This document shows, in pieces, positions 53,813 through 63,451 of a stretch of DNA of 64,000 nucleotides; position 1 is the stretch's first letter; each line of letters starts with the position of its first letter. Both the position numbers and the translations under genes were made by a program. Origin of the DNA: a virus. Lineage: Duplodnaviria; Caudoviricetes. The stretch covers positions 64,001-128,000 of IMG/VR virus record IMGVR_UViG_3300044297_000138; one strand, 5' to 3'. The notes under the pieces were generated by a model. It searched no databases, was not told where the DNA came from, and worked only from the letters and a program-made list of their open reading frames with translations.

Positions 53813-54178
53813 ATGTCATCTTGGGGAAACAACGATAATTCAGCTAACGCTCCATATTGGGCAGTTAGTTCCGCAATAGCACACAGTACAGCTGCAGTTA
53901 AAGTATCTGCACCAACAGCATCTAATGTTGCTATTTTGTATGCAAATACCACTTCCGGCGCATATATTGCCGGAGAAACTATTGGTCTTTTTGCTATTGA
54001 TGCGGCCGAACAAGCCAATAATCAACAACAACATGCCATTCCACATACCGGTTGGGTTTATAAAACCACTGGTTCTGGTGGACGTGCAGGTAGAACACAA
54101 TATGAAGTTCTTGTTGCCTTAGCACAAGTTAAAGGTGATGGCGATAACGGACTGATTGCAAATACTGCCAATCCATAA
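53813..54178 (+). CDS. Putative virion structural protein
   Basis: MSSWGNND, HTGWV, GGRAGRTQYEVLVAL; TAAATA upstream, AAGGAG RBS. Confidence 0.65.
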   Translation: MSSWGNNDNSANAPYWAVSSAIAHSTAAVKVSAPTASNVAILYANTTSGAYIAGETIGLFAIDAAEQANNQQQHAIPHTGWVYKTTGSGGRAGRTQYEVLVALAQVKGDGDNGLIANTANP

Positions 54179-54208
54179 TTAAAACAGGAGTTATAACTCC
54201 GATATACA

Positions 54209-54595
54209 ATGTTTGATGATTTGAATGATGAAAATTTCGTGATGTATGCGGTGAAACATTATAATTCACCACAATGCATTATGTCAGAATTTGAGGGAGA
54301 TATCAAGCGTACCAAGTATCTGAAAAGATTGTTTAGAAGATACAAAGTGACGAAATCACTAAAGGAACGCTTGATATTGAACCACATTATTCTATTGAAC
54401 AATGTTTTTGGTCCAGAGGTCACAGCAAGAATATTGTTCTATAAAATAGATGAACGTGACTACGATATACTAAAGACATTTTTAGAATATCTCAATATTA
54501 TGCCAGAAGCAGTATATGGTATCAGAGGTAAAAATTTTTATTCTTCCGAGATACCATTAAATTCAGATATCGCAGAGGTATTATTAAAGATATGA
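54209..54595 (+). CDS. Conserved T4-like phage hypothetical protein
   Basis: YAVKHYNSPQC, KYLKRLF, ERLILNHII..NVFG. Confidence 0.75.
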   Translation: MFDDLNDENFVMYAVKHYNSPQCIMSEFEGDIKRTKYLKRLFRRYKVTKSLKERLILNHIILLNNVFGPEVTARILFYKIDERDYDILKTFLEYLNIMPEAVYGIRGKNFYSSEIPLNSDIAEVLLKI

Positions 54596-55458
54596 AAACA
54601 TTTAAAGAATATATCAACGAAGTCAAGAAGCCAACAGGACAATTAAAAGATGCTTGCTGGTCAGGTTATACTGCTGTCGGCATGAAAGAAAAGAATGGTC
54701 GCAAAGTTCCTAATTGCGTACCTGAAGAAGTTGAAATTCAAGAAGAATTCAAAAAAGGTGACAGAGTAAGACACAATGATGGCACATTAGGTACCGTAAC
54801 TAGAGAACCAGATGAGCAAGGCCTAGTTCAATGGAAACATGCGGGAAATAAACACCGTGTAAGTAGTAAAAATGTTTTGAAATCTGCTGCCGATGAAAAA
54901 TTTCGTTGGCGCCAGCAAAAAGAAGAAGTTGAACAGATTGATGAAATCAGTCAAAAAACTTTATCATCATATACAGCCAAAGCTTACAAAGATTATTCAG
55001 ACAGATTAAAAGGCTGGACTAAAAAAGGTCCAGAAAACATGGCAAAAGCCGATAAAAGATTTAAAGGCTTAACTGCTGCTGCAAAAAGAGGACCAAAGAC
55101 ACATCAAGTTCCTCCTGGAAAAGAACCAGTAGATAAATCTGGACGTCCATACTGGGGTGAAGAAACAGAACAGTTGGATGAAAAGTCAGCAGCATGGCAA
55201 CGTAAAGAAGGTAAGAATCCTTCAGGCGGTCTAAATGCAAAAGGTGTGGCATCTTATCGCAGAGAAAATCCAGGTTCAAAATTAAAGACAGCTGTTACAA
55301 CAAAACCATCCAAATTAAAACCAGGTTCTAAAGCAGCAAACCGCCGTAAGTCTTTCTGTGCAAGAATGGGTGGAATGAAGAAACGCCTAACATCAGCCAA
55401 AACTGCTCGTGATCCAAATTCACGCATCAATAAGTCACTAAGAAAGTGGAACTGCTGA
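54592..55458 (+). CDS. Modular putative internal head protein (DUF6321-like C-terminus)
   Basis: MKTFKEYINE; CWSGY..VPNCV; AWQRKEGKNPSGGLN..RRKSFCARM..LRKWNC. Confidence 0.7.
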   Translation: MKTFKEYINEVKKPTGQLKDACWSGYTAVGMKEKNGRKVPNCVPEEVEIQEEFKKGDRVRHNDGTLGTVTREPDEQGLVQWKHAGNKHRVSSKNVLKSAADEKFRWRQQKEEVEQIDEISQKTLSSYTAKAYKDYSDRLKGWTKKGPENMAKADKRFKGLTAAAKRGPKTHQVPPGKEPVDKSGRPYWGEETEQLDEKSAAWQRKEGKNPSGGLNAKGVASYRRENPGSKLKTAVTTKPSKLKPGSKAANRRKSFCARMGGMKKRLTSAKTARDPNSRINKSLRKWNC

Positions 55459-55637
55459 TGAAAACCTTTAGACAGTTTAATGAAGATGGCATGGCCGCAG
55501 CACCAACAAATAGTGTTTCTGGTGTAGCTGGTTCTGGTGATTCCAGATTACCTGCATCACAAAGAGAACCTGGTGTTTCCAAAAAAAGAACTCCAATAAT
55601 CGTGAGGTTGGCTAGAAGAAAACTGCCAAATATGTAA
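55458..55637 (+). CDS. Small putative internal head protein
   Basis: MKTFRQFNED..APTN..EPGV. Confidence 0.6.
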   Translation: MKTFRQFNEDGMAAAPTNSVSGVAGSGDSRLPASQREPGVSKKRTPIIVRLARRKLPNM

Positions 55638-56072
55638 ATGTGGATATTAAAATGGTTACCTGATTGGATTTTTTATGGTATCTTGTTCATAGGTATCATA
55701 GGTTATATTGCCACATATCTTCTACGATTCATTCCACTCCCCGCAGTCTACATGTATAAGACACCAATACAGTTGGTGTCTATTGCTCTTATTGTCATCG
55801 GTGTTTTTATGTCCGGCGCAATTCATAACGAAGCTGCATGGATAGAACGTGTCAGAGAATTGGAAGCAAAAATTGTTGAAGCTGAATCCAGGTCTGCGGA
55901 AGAAAATGTTAAGATTGTAGAAAAAGTTGTAACAAAGATTCAAGTTATCCGAGATAGAACTGATGTTGGCATCAAATACATTGACAGAGAAGTTGTTAAG
56001 TATGATAATACATGTGTGATACCAAAAGAATTTGTTAAAGCACATAATGATGCGGCGGAGCCACCAAAATGA
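55638..56072 (+). CDS. Inner-membrane spanin (Rz-like)
   Basis: N-terminal TMs, coiled coil, C-terminal C.IP..FV..HN.AA. Confidence 0.7.
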   Translation: MWILKWLPDWIFYGILFIGIIGYIATYLLRFIPLPAVYMYKTPIQLVSIALIVIGVFMSGAIHNEAAWIERVRELEAKIVEAESRSAEENVKIVEKVVTKIQVIRDRTDVGIKYIDREVVKYDNTCVIPKEFVKAHNDAAEPPK

Positions 56073-56332
56073 AATATTATTTGTTGATTCTTACACTCTG
56101 CTTAGTTGGTTGTTCAACTACTGTTCCTGTAACTGCTAAATTCCCAGATGTACCAAACAAACTTTTAGAACAATGTCCTAATTTGCAAAAAGTTAATGAA
56201 GAAGCAAAATTGAGTGATGTTGCAAAAACCGTAACTGTAAATTATTCCACTTACTATGATTGTGCTGTGAAACATGATGCGATGATTGAATGGTATCAGA
56301 TTCAAAAGAAAATCTATGAAAGTGTAAAATAA
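56069..56332 (+). CDS. Outer-membrane spanin lipoprotein (Rz1-like)
   Basis: Lipobox LVGC, Pro-rich, CP.L..NY..Y..C. Confidence 0.75.
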   Translation: MKYYLLILTLCLVGCSTTVPVTAKFPDVPNKLLEQCPNLQKVNEEAKLSDVAKTVTVNYSTYYDCAVKHDAMIEWYQIQKKIYESVK

Positions 56333-56955
56333 TGGAATTGACAAAAGAACAACTAAAACAATTACTGCCAAAAAATCCATATATTGATTACTGGTATAAT
56401 GCATTATCACAACTATTGCCTGATTATGAAATCAATAATGCAAAACGTATTGCGGCTTTTATTGCTCAATGTTCACATGAGTCTGGTGGTTTTACAGCAT
56501 TAGAAGAAAATTTAAATTACAAAGCTGCAACACTACGTAAAATATTTCCAAAGTATTTTCCAACAGATGAGATTGCAAATCAATATGCTAGTATGCCAAA
56601 CAAACAACAAGCTATTGCCAACAAGGTATATGCCAACCGCATGGGTAATGGTGATGAATCATCTGGTGACGGATTCAAATATAAAGGTCGTGGTCTAATC
56701 CAATTGACGGGTAAAGATAACTATACATTCTTTGCTGGTTCACTCGGTATTTCCGTAGAAGAAGCAGCAGAATACATGCACACATTTGAGGGTGCCGCAC
56801 AATCTGCTTGCTGGTTTTGGGAAACAAACAATCTAAACCAATGGGCTGATAAGGGTGATATTCTTACACTAACAAAACGAATTAATGGTGGAACAATTGG
56901 TCTGGAAGATCGTATTAAACACTATGAACATGCATTACATGTTTTGGGAGCATAA
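56332..56955 (+). CDS. Endolysin, glycoside hydrolase family 19
   Basis: AAFIAQCSHES, EENLNY, YKGRGLIQLTGKDNY, TKRINGG..GLEDR. Confidence 0.93.
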   Translation: MELTKEQLKQLLPKNPYIDYWYNALSQLLPDYEINNAKRIAAFIAQCSHESGGFTALEENLNYKAATLRKIFPKYFPTDEIANQYASMPNKQQAIANKVYANRMGNGDESSGDGFKYKGRGLIQLTGKDNYTFFAGSLGISVEEAAEYMHTFEGAAQSACWFWETNNLNQWADKGDILTLTKRINGGTIGLEDRIKHYEHALHVLGA

Positions 56956-56957
56956 AG

Positions 56958-57239
56958 ATGCACGATTTAAAAATGATGAAATGGTTAGTGATATTGATTA
57001 TGTTACCGGTTGGCCTTGCTTTTTTTGGTGGTGATAAGTTTCGTTATCCTTGCCAAGATCCAGCTAATTGGGATAAAGACATTTGTAAACCACCAATCTG
57101 TGATGTGACAAGAACTTGTCCGGAACATGTATTTAAAGGACAGCGTGATCCTAGATTAGGTCCACCAAAAGATGGTGTAAATGGACCATTGCCATCAGCA
57201 TCACCTGCACCAGCACAAGGAGTTAACTGTGGAAAATAA
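56958..57239 (+). CDS. Exported Cys-rich hypothetical protein
   Basis: Signal-like N-terminus; FRYPCQDPANW..C.PP.C...TCP. Confidence 0.65.
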   Translation: MHDLKMMKWLVILIMLPVGLAFFGGDKFRYPCQDPANWDKDICKPPICDVTRTCPEHVFKGQRDPRLGPPKDGVNGPLPSASPAPAQGVNCGK

Positions 57240-57705
57240 TATACCATTTTTATATACAGAAGAACAGTTGATGGCTCGACTGAAATTCTTTATTGGTGTT
57301 TGCCTTGCATTGACACTAACAGGAATCGTATTCGTTGTATTATATTCTATCATCTTTGTTACACAACCACTTAATGCAATTTCACCTATTGACCAAAAAT
57401 TCTTTGAGTTGATTATTCCTATCGCCACATTCTTGACTGGTACTTTATCTGGTATCATGTTGGCTGGCAATAAGAAAGAAGATCAAGAAGCAATGTTGGC
57501 TGCACAAAAAATGGCACAAGATAACTTTGCTGAAACCAAAAAAGCAATGACTGCACCTCCACCAGTTCAAAAAGTTGAACCTGTGTTTGCACCAGCAACA
57601 GGTACACAACCTCAAGTGCAACAACCACCATTGGTTACCACACAAGTAGTTACTGGATTCGGCGGCAAACCCGCACCAGCACCAGCACCACAACCGGAGA
57701 TTTAA
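57229..57705 (+). CDS. Two-TM membrane protein (holin candidate)
   Basis: GTG start with AGGAG RBS; two hydrophobic helices; Pro-rich tail. Confidence 0.6.
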   Translation: MENNIPFLYTEEQLMARLKFFIGVCLALTLTGIVFVVLYSIIFVTQPLNAISPIDQKFFELIIPIATFLTGTLSGIMLAGNKKEDQEAMLAAQKMAQDNFAETKKAMTAPPPVQKVEPVFAPATGTQPQVQQPPLVTTQVVTGFGGKPAPAPAPQPEI

Positions 57706-57942
57706 ATGTTACAAGGTCTATTCAGCGATAGTCACAATGGCACATTAAGTAGTAAAAGGGTTATTACATTTCTATCCTTTTTATTATGTGCATGGGGTTT
57801 TGTTGCAGATACTATGGGACATAAAGTAAATGCTGACCTATTCAATTCATTAATGTATATTGTTGTTGCAGGTTTAGGGTTTACTGCTTCCGAGAAATTT
57901 ACAACAATAAATAAAGAAACAAAATCTAAGGGGTTACTATGA
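57706..57942 (+). CDS. Two-TM membrane protein (holin candidate)
   Basis: SSKRVITFL..., GLGFTASEKF. Confidence 0.6.
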   Translation: MLQGLFSDSHNGTLSSKRVITFLSFLLCAWGFVADTMGHKVNADLFNSLMYIVVAGLGFTASEKFTTINKETKSKGLL

Positions 57943-58148
57943 AAATGTATGCAATATTTTTAGCCGTTGCGATGGCATTTGGTTCAGTTTCTGTTTACGC
58001 TGAGGCAGAAAAAACAAAAGTTTGTGTTGATGTTAAAGATAAAGATGGTAAACCAGTTAAAGATGCCAAAGGTAATGTCAAACAAAACTGCAAGGAAATG
58101 AAAGTCCATAAAAAATTAGAGGGCACAGAAGTTCCTCCAAAGAAATAA
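57939..58148 (+). CDS. Small secreted Lys-rich protein
   Basis: Signal peptide, 2 Cys. Confidence 0.6.
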   Translation: MKMYAIFLAVAMAFGSVSVYAEAEKTKVCVDVKDKDGKPVKDAKGNVKQNCKEMKVHKKLEGTEVPPKK

Positions 58149-58155
58149 TAAAAAA

Positions 58156-58461
58156 ATGGCAACTACCACCGAAAGATTAGGCATTGTTGAAACTAAGGTA
58201 GAAAACCTTAGTGAAAAATTGGATGATATTAAAGTTGATGTTAAAGAAATGCACGATTGTTTAGATAGAACCCGTGATGAATTAAAAGATCAACTATCAA
58301 GGATGTATGACACATCATGTTCTCAACATGCCGAAATGGCCAAAAAAATTGGCGAACTGGAAAAAATCCGAGAAAAAACTATGTGGATGGTTGCCGGTGC
58401 CGTTGCCATGGCTGGTATATTTTCGGGTCACCTGGACAAGTTGCTTGCATTTTTACATTAA
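58156..58461 (+). CDS. Coiled-coil protein with C-terminal TM
   Basis: Heptad pattern then WMVAGAVAMAGIF. Confidence 0.6.
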   Translation: MATTTERLGIVETKVENLSEKLDDIKVDVKEMHDCLDRTRDELKDQLSRMYDTSCSQHAEMAKKIGELEKIREKTMWMVAGAVAMAGIFSGHLDKLLAFLH

Positions 58462-58473
58462 TTAGTATATAAT
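58445..58473 (+). promoter_or_regulatory. sigma70 promoter for primase operon
   Basis: TTGCAT-N17-TATAAT. Confidence 0.6.
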
Positions 58474-58503
58474 TGAGTTTCTTGTAAACATTTTGTCTTT
58501 GTT

Positions 58504-59529
58504 ATGTCCGTTTTTATTGATAGAACCTTTCTGCTAAGGGTGTCCCCTAAGCTTCAAAAATTCACACAGAAAAAATCTGATCTTTATAATTTCAGATGCC
58601 CTATCTGTGGCGATTCTTCCAAAAATAAGACTAAAGCTCGTGGTTATATCTACGAGAAAAAAAATAACTATTTCTTTATGTGTCACAATTGTGGTGCATC
58701 CATGTCTTTTTACAATTTCCTGGATAAAGTTGATCCACACCTACTTAAAGAATATGCACTTGAAAGATACAAAAATGGTGAAGATGGAAAAGCAAACTAT
58801 ACAAAGCCTACATTTGAGATTGCTAAAGGCACTCCCACATTTAAATCCAAATTATCTTTACCGTCCATACAATCGTTGCCAACTGGCCATTTTGCAAAAG
58901 AATATGTGGAAAACAGGAAAATTCCCGAAACTCATTTTTCATCGTTATATTTTGCCGAAGATTTTAAAAAGTTTGTTGAAAGCCTCGGCATTGAAAAAGA
59001 CGGATTAAAAGAGGATGATCCACGATTGGTTATTCCTTTTTATGATGAAGAAAAAAATCTTGTGGCATTTCAAGGACGTGCTCTCGGTGAATCTAAACTG
59101 AGATATATTACCGTAAAAATTGATAAAGACAATCACAAAGTTTTTGGTATGGACCGTGTGAGTGTTGACATGGATGATGAAGATAAAATGGTCTATGTCA
59201 CAGAAGGACCTATTGACTCACTTTTTTTGGATAATGCCATAGCAACAGCAGATGCAAATCTGAGGACAGCAGCTAAACACATTGATAAATCAAAGTTAGT
59301 ATTGATTTATGACAATGAACCACGCAATAAAGATATTTGCCGACAAATGGAACAGGCAATAGAGGAACATTTCAATATTGTTATATGGCCTGAAATGATT
59401 GAAGAAAAAGATATCAACGAAATGGTCTTGGCTGGTTTCTCACCTGACGAAATCCAAGATATCATAAGTAAAAATACATATCAAAATTTAAGAGCAAAAA
59501 TTGAATTTGTAAATTGGAGAAAAACATGA
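58504..59529 (+). CDS. gp61: DNA primase
   Basis: FRCPICGDS, CHNCG, FQGR, TEGPIDSLF, DNEPRN, KDINEM. Confidence 0.96.
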   Translation: MSVFIDRTFLLRVSPKLQKFTQKKSDLYNFRCPICGDSSKNKTKARGYIYEKKNNYFFMCHNCGASMSFYNFLDKVDPHLLKEYALERYKNGEDGKANYTKPTFEIAKGTPTFKSKLSLPSIQSLPTGHFAKEYVENRKIPETHFSSLYFAEDFKKFVESLGIEKDGLKEDDPRLVIPFYDEEKNLVAFQGRALGESKLRYITVKIDKDNHKVFGMDRVSVDMDDEDKMVYVTEGPIDSLFLDNAIATADANLRTAAKHIDKSKLVLIYDNEPRNKDICRQMEQAIEEHFNIVIWPEMIEEKDINEMVLAGFSPDEIQDIISKNTYQNLRAKIEFVNWRKT

Positions 59530-60221
59530 AAGTAACATTAATTAATTATTCACAAGGCCCCTTTGAAAACATTCTCGGTGTGGATGTACCATCTAAAACG
59601 AATCTTTTAGATCAAATCGCATACTGTGCCAGAGTATCAAATCCTGCTAACCAAAACAACACGGAAACATCAGAAAAACTGGTCCGTTATCTGATTAAGA
59701 ACCAACACTGGTCTCCGTTGGAGATGGTTTCCGTCTGTGTGGAAATTGAAACTACCCGTGATATTGCTCGACAGATTTTGCGTCACCGTTCCTTCTCTTT
59801 CCAAGAATTCAGTCAGCGTTATGCTGATGCATCACAATTAGGTTTTGAATTGCGTGAACCTCGTTTGCAAGATACAAAGAATCGTCAAAATAGTGTTGAA
59901 TTGAATACTGATGATGAGGATGACAGATTTATATTTTCTGAATGGAATCTTAGACAACAAGAAGTGATTGATTTAGTAGAAGAACACTATAATTGGGCTT
60001 TAGAAGCTGGTATAGCCAAAGAACAAGCAAGATCCATTTTACCTGAAGGTAATACTGGTTCTCGCATGTATATGAATGGAACTTTGCGTTCTTGGGTTCA
60101 CTATATACAACTCCGTTCAGCAAATGGAACACAAAAAGAACACCGTGAAGTTGCATTGGCCTGTGCTGATGCGATTGAACCTATTTTCCCAATGATTAAA
60201 GAATTTATAACACAAGAATAA
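59526..60221 (+). CDS. thyX: Flavin-dependent thymidylate synthase
   Basis: HWSPLEM, RQILRHRSFSFQEFSQRY, TQKEHR. Confidence 0.96.
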   Translation: MKVTLINYSQGPFENILGVDVPSKTNLLDQIAYCARVSNPANQNNTETSEKLVRYLIKNQHWSPLEMVSVCVEIETTRDIARQILRHRSFSFQEFSQRYADASQLGFELREPRLQDTKNRQNSVELNTDDEDDRFIFSEWNLRQQEVIDLVEEHYNWALEAGIAKEQARSILPEGNTGSRMYMNGTLRSWVHYIQLRSANGTQKEHREVALACADAIEPIFPMIKEFITQE

Positions 60222-60230
60222 GGATAAAAT

Positions 60231-62042
60231 ATGCAACATCTAGGAATCAAAATAGATTTAGAAAAAGATAAACTATTTGATGAATTGGGAATTAAAAGAT
60301 TAAAAGAATCTTATATGAGAGATGATGAGGAAAGTCCTCAACAAAGATTTGCATATGTTTCAAAACAATTTGGTACAGATAAAGATCATGCACAAAGACT
60401 TTATGAATATTCTAGCAAACATTGGTTATCGTATTCTACACCGATTCTATCTTTTGGTCGTAGCAAGCGTGGTTTACCAATTTCTTGTTTCTTAAATTAT
60501 ATTGAAGATACTGCGGAGGGTTTAGTTGATAATCTTTCAGAAACTAATTGGCTTTCTATGCTTGGTGGCGGTGTTGGGATTGGTTTTGGTATTCGTTCGG
60601 CGGATGATAAATCTACTGGCGTTATGCCGCACCTCAAAATTTACGATGCATCTAGTTTGGCGTATCGCCAAGGTAGCACTCGCCGTGGGTCTTATGCTGC
60701 CTATCTTGATATTTCCCATCCTGATATTATTCCCTTCCTTGAGATGAGAAAACCGACAGGCGACCAAAATGTTCGTTGCCTGAATCTACATCACGGCATT
60801 AATATCACCGATGACTTCATGCAGATTATTGAAAACTGCATGATTGATAAGGATGCGAGCGATGATTGGAAACTTATTGATCCGGCTTCAAATGAAATTC
60901 GTGAAGTTGTATCAGCAAGAATGTTGTGGGAAAAAATTCTAGATTTACGTATGCATACGGGTGAACCATATCTACATTTTATTGATACGAGCAATCGTTT
61001 TCTTCCTGAGTGGTTAAAAGAAAAAAATTTAAAGATACATCAATCAAACTTGTGTTCTGAAATTATTCTTCCTACAAATGAAGAAAGAACCGCTGTATGT
61101 TGTTTATCATCCTTAAATCTGGAGTATTATGATGAATGGAAAGAAAATTCTGTCTTTCTCCGTGACGTTGCTGAAATGCTTGATAATGTACTTAATTATT
61201 TTATTGATAATGCTCCAGCAGCCATCGAAAGAGCTAAATATTCTGCTATGCGTGAACGCAGCATTGGTATTGGTGCTTTGGGATTTCATGCTTATCTGCA
61301 AAGAAAAGGCGTGGCGTTTGAAGGAGTGATGGCCAAAGTTTTAAACAATTCAATGTTCAAAAATATTAGAGAAGGACTTGACGATGCTAACTTGGTTCTT
61401 GGAAAAATTAGGGGTGAAGCTCCAGATGCTGTTGGCTACGGTAAACGTTTTAGTCATCTTATGGCTATTGCTCCAAATGCTTCTTCGTCTATCATTATGG
61501 GAAACACTAGCCCTAGTATTGAACCTTATCGTGCTAATGCTTATCGCCAGGATACGTTATCTGGCTCATTTTTGAATAAGAACAAATATCTAGATAAAGT
61601 GATTATGAATCATCTTTCTCCGGACGGTTCACCATTGACACCAAAAGGTGAAGAATTTTATGCTGAAATTTGGTCATCAATTATTGCAAATGATGGATCG
61701 GTTCAACATTTGGATTGGATGGATGAAAACACAAAAGCAGTATACAAAACATCCATGGAAATTGACCAGCGTTGGGTAATTGAACATGCATCCGACCGTC
61801 AACAATATATTGACCAAGCGCAATCACTAAATCTATTTTTCCGTCCAGATGTAAATATTAAATATCTACATGCAATTCATTTTATGGCATGGAAAAAAGG
61901 ACTTAAAACTCTTTATTACTGCCGTAGTGAAAAATTAGCCAAGGCAGATAAAGTGGCCAAAAAAATTGAAAGACAAGTTATCAAAGAACTTGATATGACA
62001 CAGATTGCACAAGGTAACGACTGCATTGCCTGTGAAGGTTAA
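60231..62042 (+). CDS. nrdA: Class I ribonucleotide reductase alpha subunit (no ATP cone)
   Basis: PISCF, SNLCSEI, AIAPNASSS, KTLYYCRS, C-terminal CIACEG. Confidence 0.96.
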   Translation: MQHLGIKIDLEKDKLFDELGIKRLKESYMRDDEESPQQRFAYVSKQFGTDKDHAQRLYEYSSKHWLSYSTPILSFGRSKRGLPISCFLNYIEDTAEGLVDNLSETNWLSMLGGGVGIGFGIRSADDKSTGVMPHLKIYDASSLAYRQGSTRRGSYAAYLDISHPDIIPFLEMRKPTGDQNVRCLNLHHGINITDDFMQIIENCMIDKDASDDWKLIDPASNEIREVVSARMLWEKILDLRMHTGEPYLHFIDTSNRFLPEWLKEKNLKIHQSNLCSEIILPTNEERTAVCCLSSLNLEYYDEWKENSVFLRDVAEMLDNVLNYFIDNAPAAIERAKYSAMRERSIGIGALGFHAYLQRKGVAFEGVMAKVLNNSMFKNIREGLDDANLVLGKIRGEAPDAVGYGKRFSHLMAIAPNASSSIIMGNTSPSIEPYRANAYRQDTLSGSFLNKNKYLDKVIMNHLSPDGSPLTPKGEEFYAEIWSSIIANDGSVQHLDWMDENTKAVYKTSMEIDQRWVIEHASDRQQYIDQAQSLNLFFRPDVNIKYLHAIHFMAWKKGLKTLYYCRSEKLAKADKVAKKIERQVIKELDMTQIAQGNDCIACEG

Positions 62043-62044
62043 TA

Positions 62045-62749
62045 ATGACAGCACTACTTTATACTCTTATAGTTACACACATTACGATTGTTTGTGTAAC
62101 CATATTTTTACATAGAGGTCAAGCACATAAAGGATTGATTTTTAATCCTATATTAGAACACTTTATGAGGTTCTGGTTGTGGTTGACTACCGGCATGGTT
62201 ACGAAACAATGGGTTGCAATTCACCGTAAACATCATCGTTATAGTGATTTAAATGGTGATCCTCATAGCCCACATGTATATGGTTTTTGGAAAGTATTAT
62301 TCAAAGGAGCATTACTGTACCATGAAGCATCAAAAGATAAAGACATGGTTAATACATATGGCGTTGGTACTCCTTCTGATTGGATTGAGCACAACATATA
62401 CAGTAATCACTCCAGACTTGGCATTGGCCTTCTCTTTTTGTTCAACACGTTAATATTTGGATGGTTGGGTATATTGATTTGGTTGATACAAATGATTTGG
62501 ATTCCATTTTGGGCCGCAGGTGTTATAAATGGTGTTGGACATTTTTTTGGATATAGAAATGGAGAAACAAAAGATTCTTCCAAAAACATTTTTCCTTGGG
62601 GTATAATCATTGGTGGAGAATGTCTACATAACAATCATCATCTAGATCCAGCAAATCCAAAATTGAGTCGCCGCTGGTTTGAATTTGATATTGGCTGGTT
62701 TTATATAAAAGTTTTAGAAAAAGTTGGATTATTAAAAATTAGGAGTTAA
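62045..62749 (+). CDS. Membrane fatty-acid (delta-9-type) desaturase
   Basis: His boxes HRGQAH, HRKHH, HNNHH; DPHSP; WFEFDIGW. Confidence 0.9.
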   Translation: MTALLYTLIVTHITIVCVTIFLHRGQAHKGLIFNPILEHFMRFWLWLTTGMVTKQWVAIHRKHHRYSDLNGDPHSPHVYGFWKVLFKGALLYHEASKDKDMVNTYGVGTPSDWIEHNIYSNHSRLGIGLLFLFNTLIFGWLGILIWLIQMIWIPFWAAGVINGVGHFFGYRNGETKDSSKNIFPWGIIIGGECLHNNHHLDPANPKLSRRWFEFDIGWFYIKVLEKVGLLKIRS

Positions 62750-62750
62750 A

Positions 62751-63188
62751 ATGAAAAAATTAATTTCAATATTATTATTTTTACCATTAATAGTATTAGC
62801 ACAACAACAAAAGGATGGTGTCACATACGATGCAACTATAACAAGAGTCATCGATGGTGATACCGTAGCATTTCAAGCCAACTGGTTGCCTGAACCTCTT
62901 AAAAAGGAGTTGTCAATCAGAGTCTTTGGCGTCGATACTCCAGAAAAAGGATTTAGAGCAAAATGTCCTCAAGAAGATGCTAGAGGACAAGCCGCAACTA
63001 ATTTTACCAAAAGTGCAGTTGCAAAAGCTAAGAAACGACAAATCATTATCATGGACTGGGACAAATATGGTGGTCGTGTCTTGGGTGATGTATTACTAGA
63101 TGGTTATAGTCTAAGACATATGTTAATGGCGAATGGTTTTGCTAGGGAATATTATGGTGAAGCAAAAACATCTTGGTGTATTCAATAA
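62751..63188 (+). CDS. Thermonuclease (SNase-like), exported
   Basis: RVIDGDT, RVFGVDTPE, DKYGGRVLG; signal peptide. Confidence 0.9.
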   Translation: MKKLISILLFLPLIVLAQQQKDGVTYDATITRVIDGDTVAFQANWLPEPLKKELSIRVFGVDTPEKGFRAKCPQEDARGQAATNFTKSAVAKAKKRQIIIMDWDKYGGRVLGDVLLDGYSLRHMLMANGFAREYYGEAKTSWCIQ

Positions 63189-63199
63189 AAGGATAATAA

Positions 63200-63451
63200 A
63201 TGAAAAGAGTAATAAGATTTACAGCTTCATGGTGTCAACCATGTAAAACATTAGCAAAGAATTTGGAAACAGTAAACAACGTGAAAAGCATTCCAATTGA
63301 AGTTATTGATATTGATGTTAATCCAGAACTTGCCATGGAATATGGCATTAGAAGTGTGCCAACTTTAATAATGAAAGAAGAAAACGTAGAAGTTAAAAGA
63401 TTTAGTGGTGTTCGTTCTCTTAAAGAATTAGAAGGATGGATCAATGATTAA
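63200..63451 (+). CDS. Thioredoxin
   Basis: WCQPC, YGIRSVPTL. Confidence 0.93.
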   Translation: MKRVIRFTASWCQPCKTLAKNLETVNNVKSIPIEVIDIDVNPELAMEYGIRSVPTLIMKEENVEVKRFSGVRSLKELEGWIND

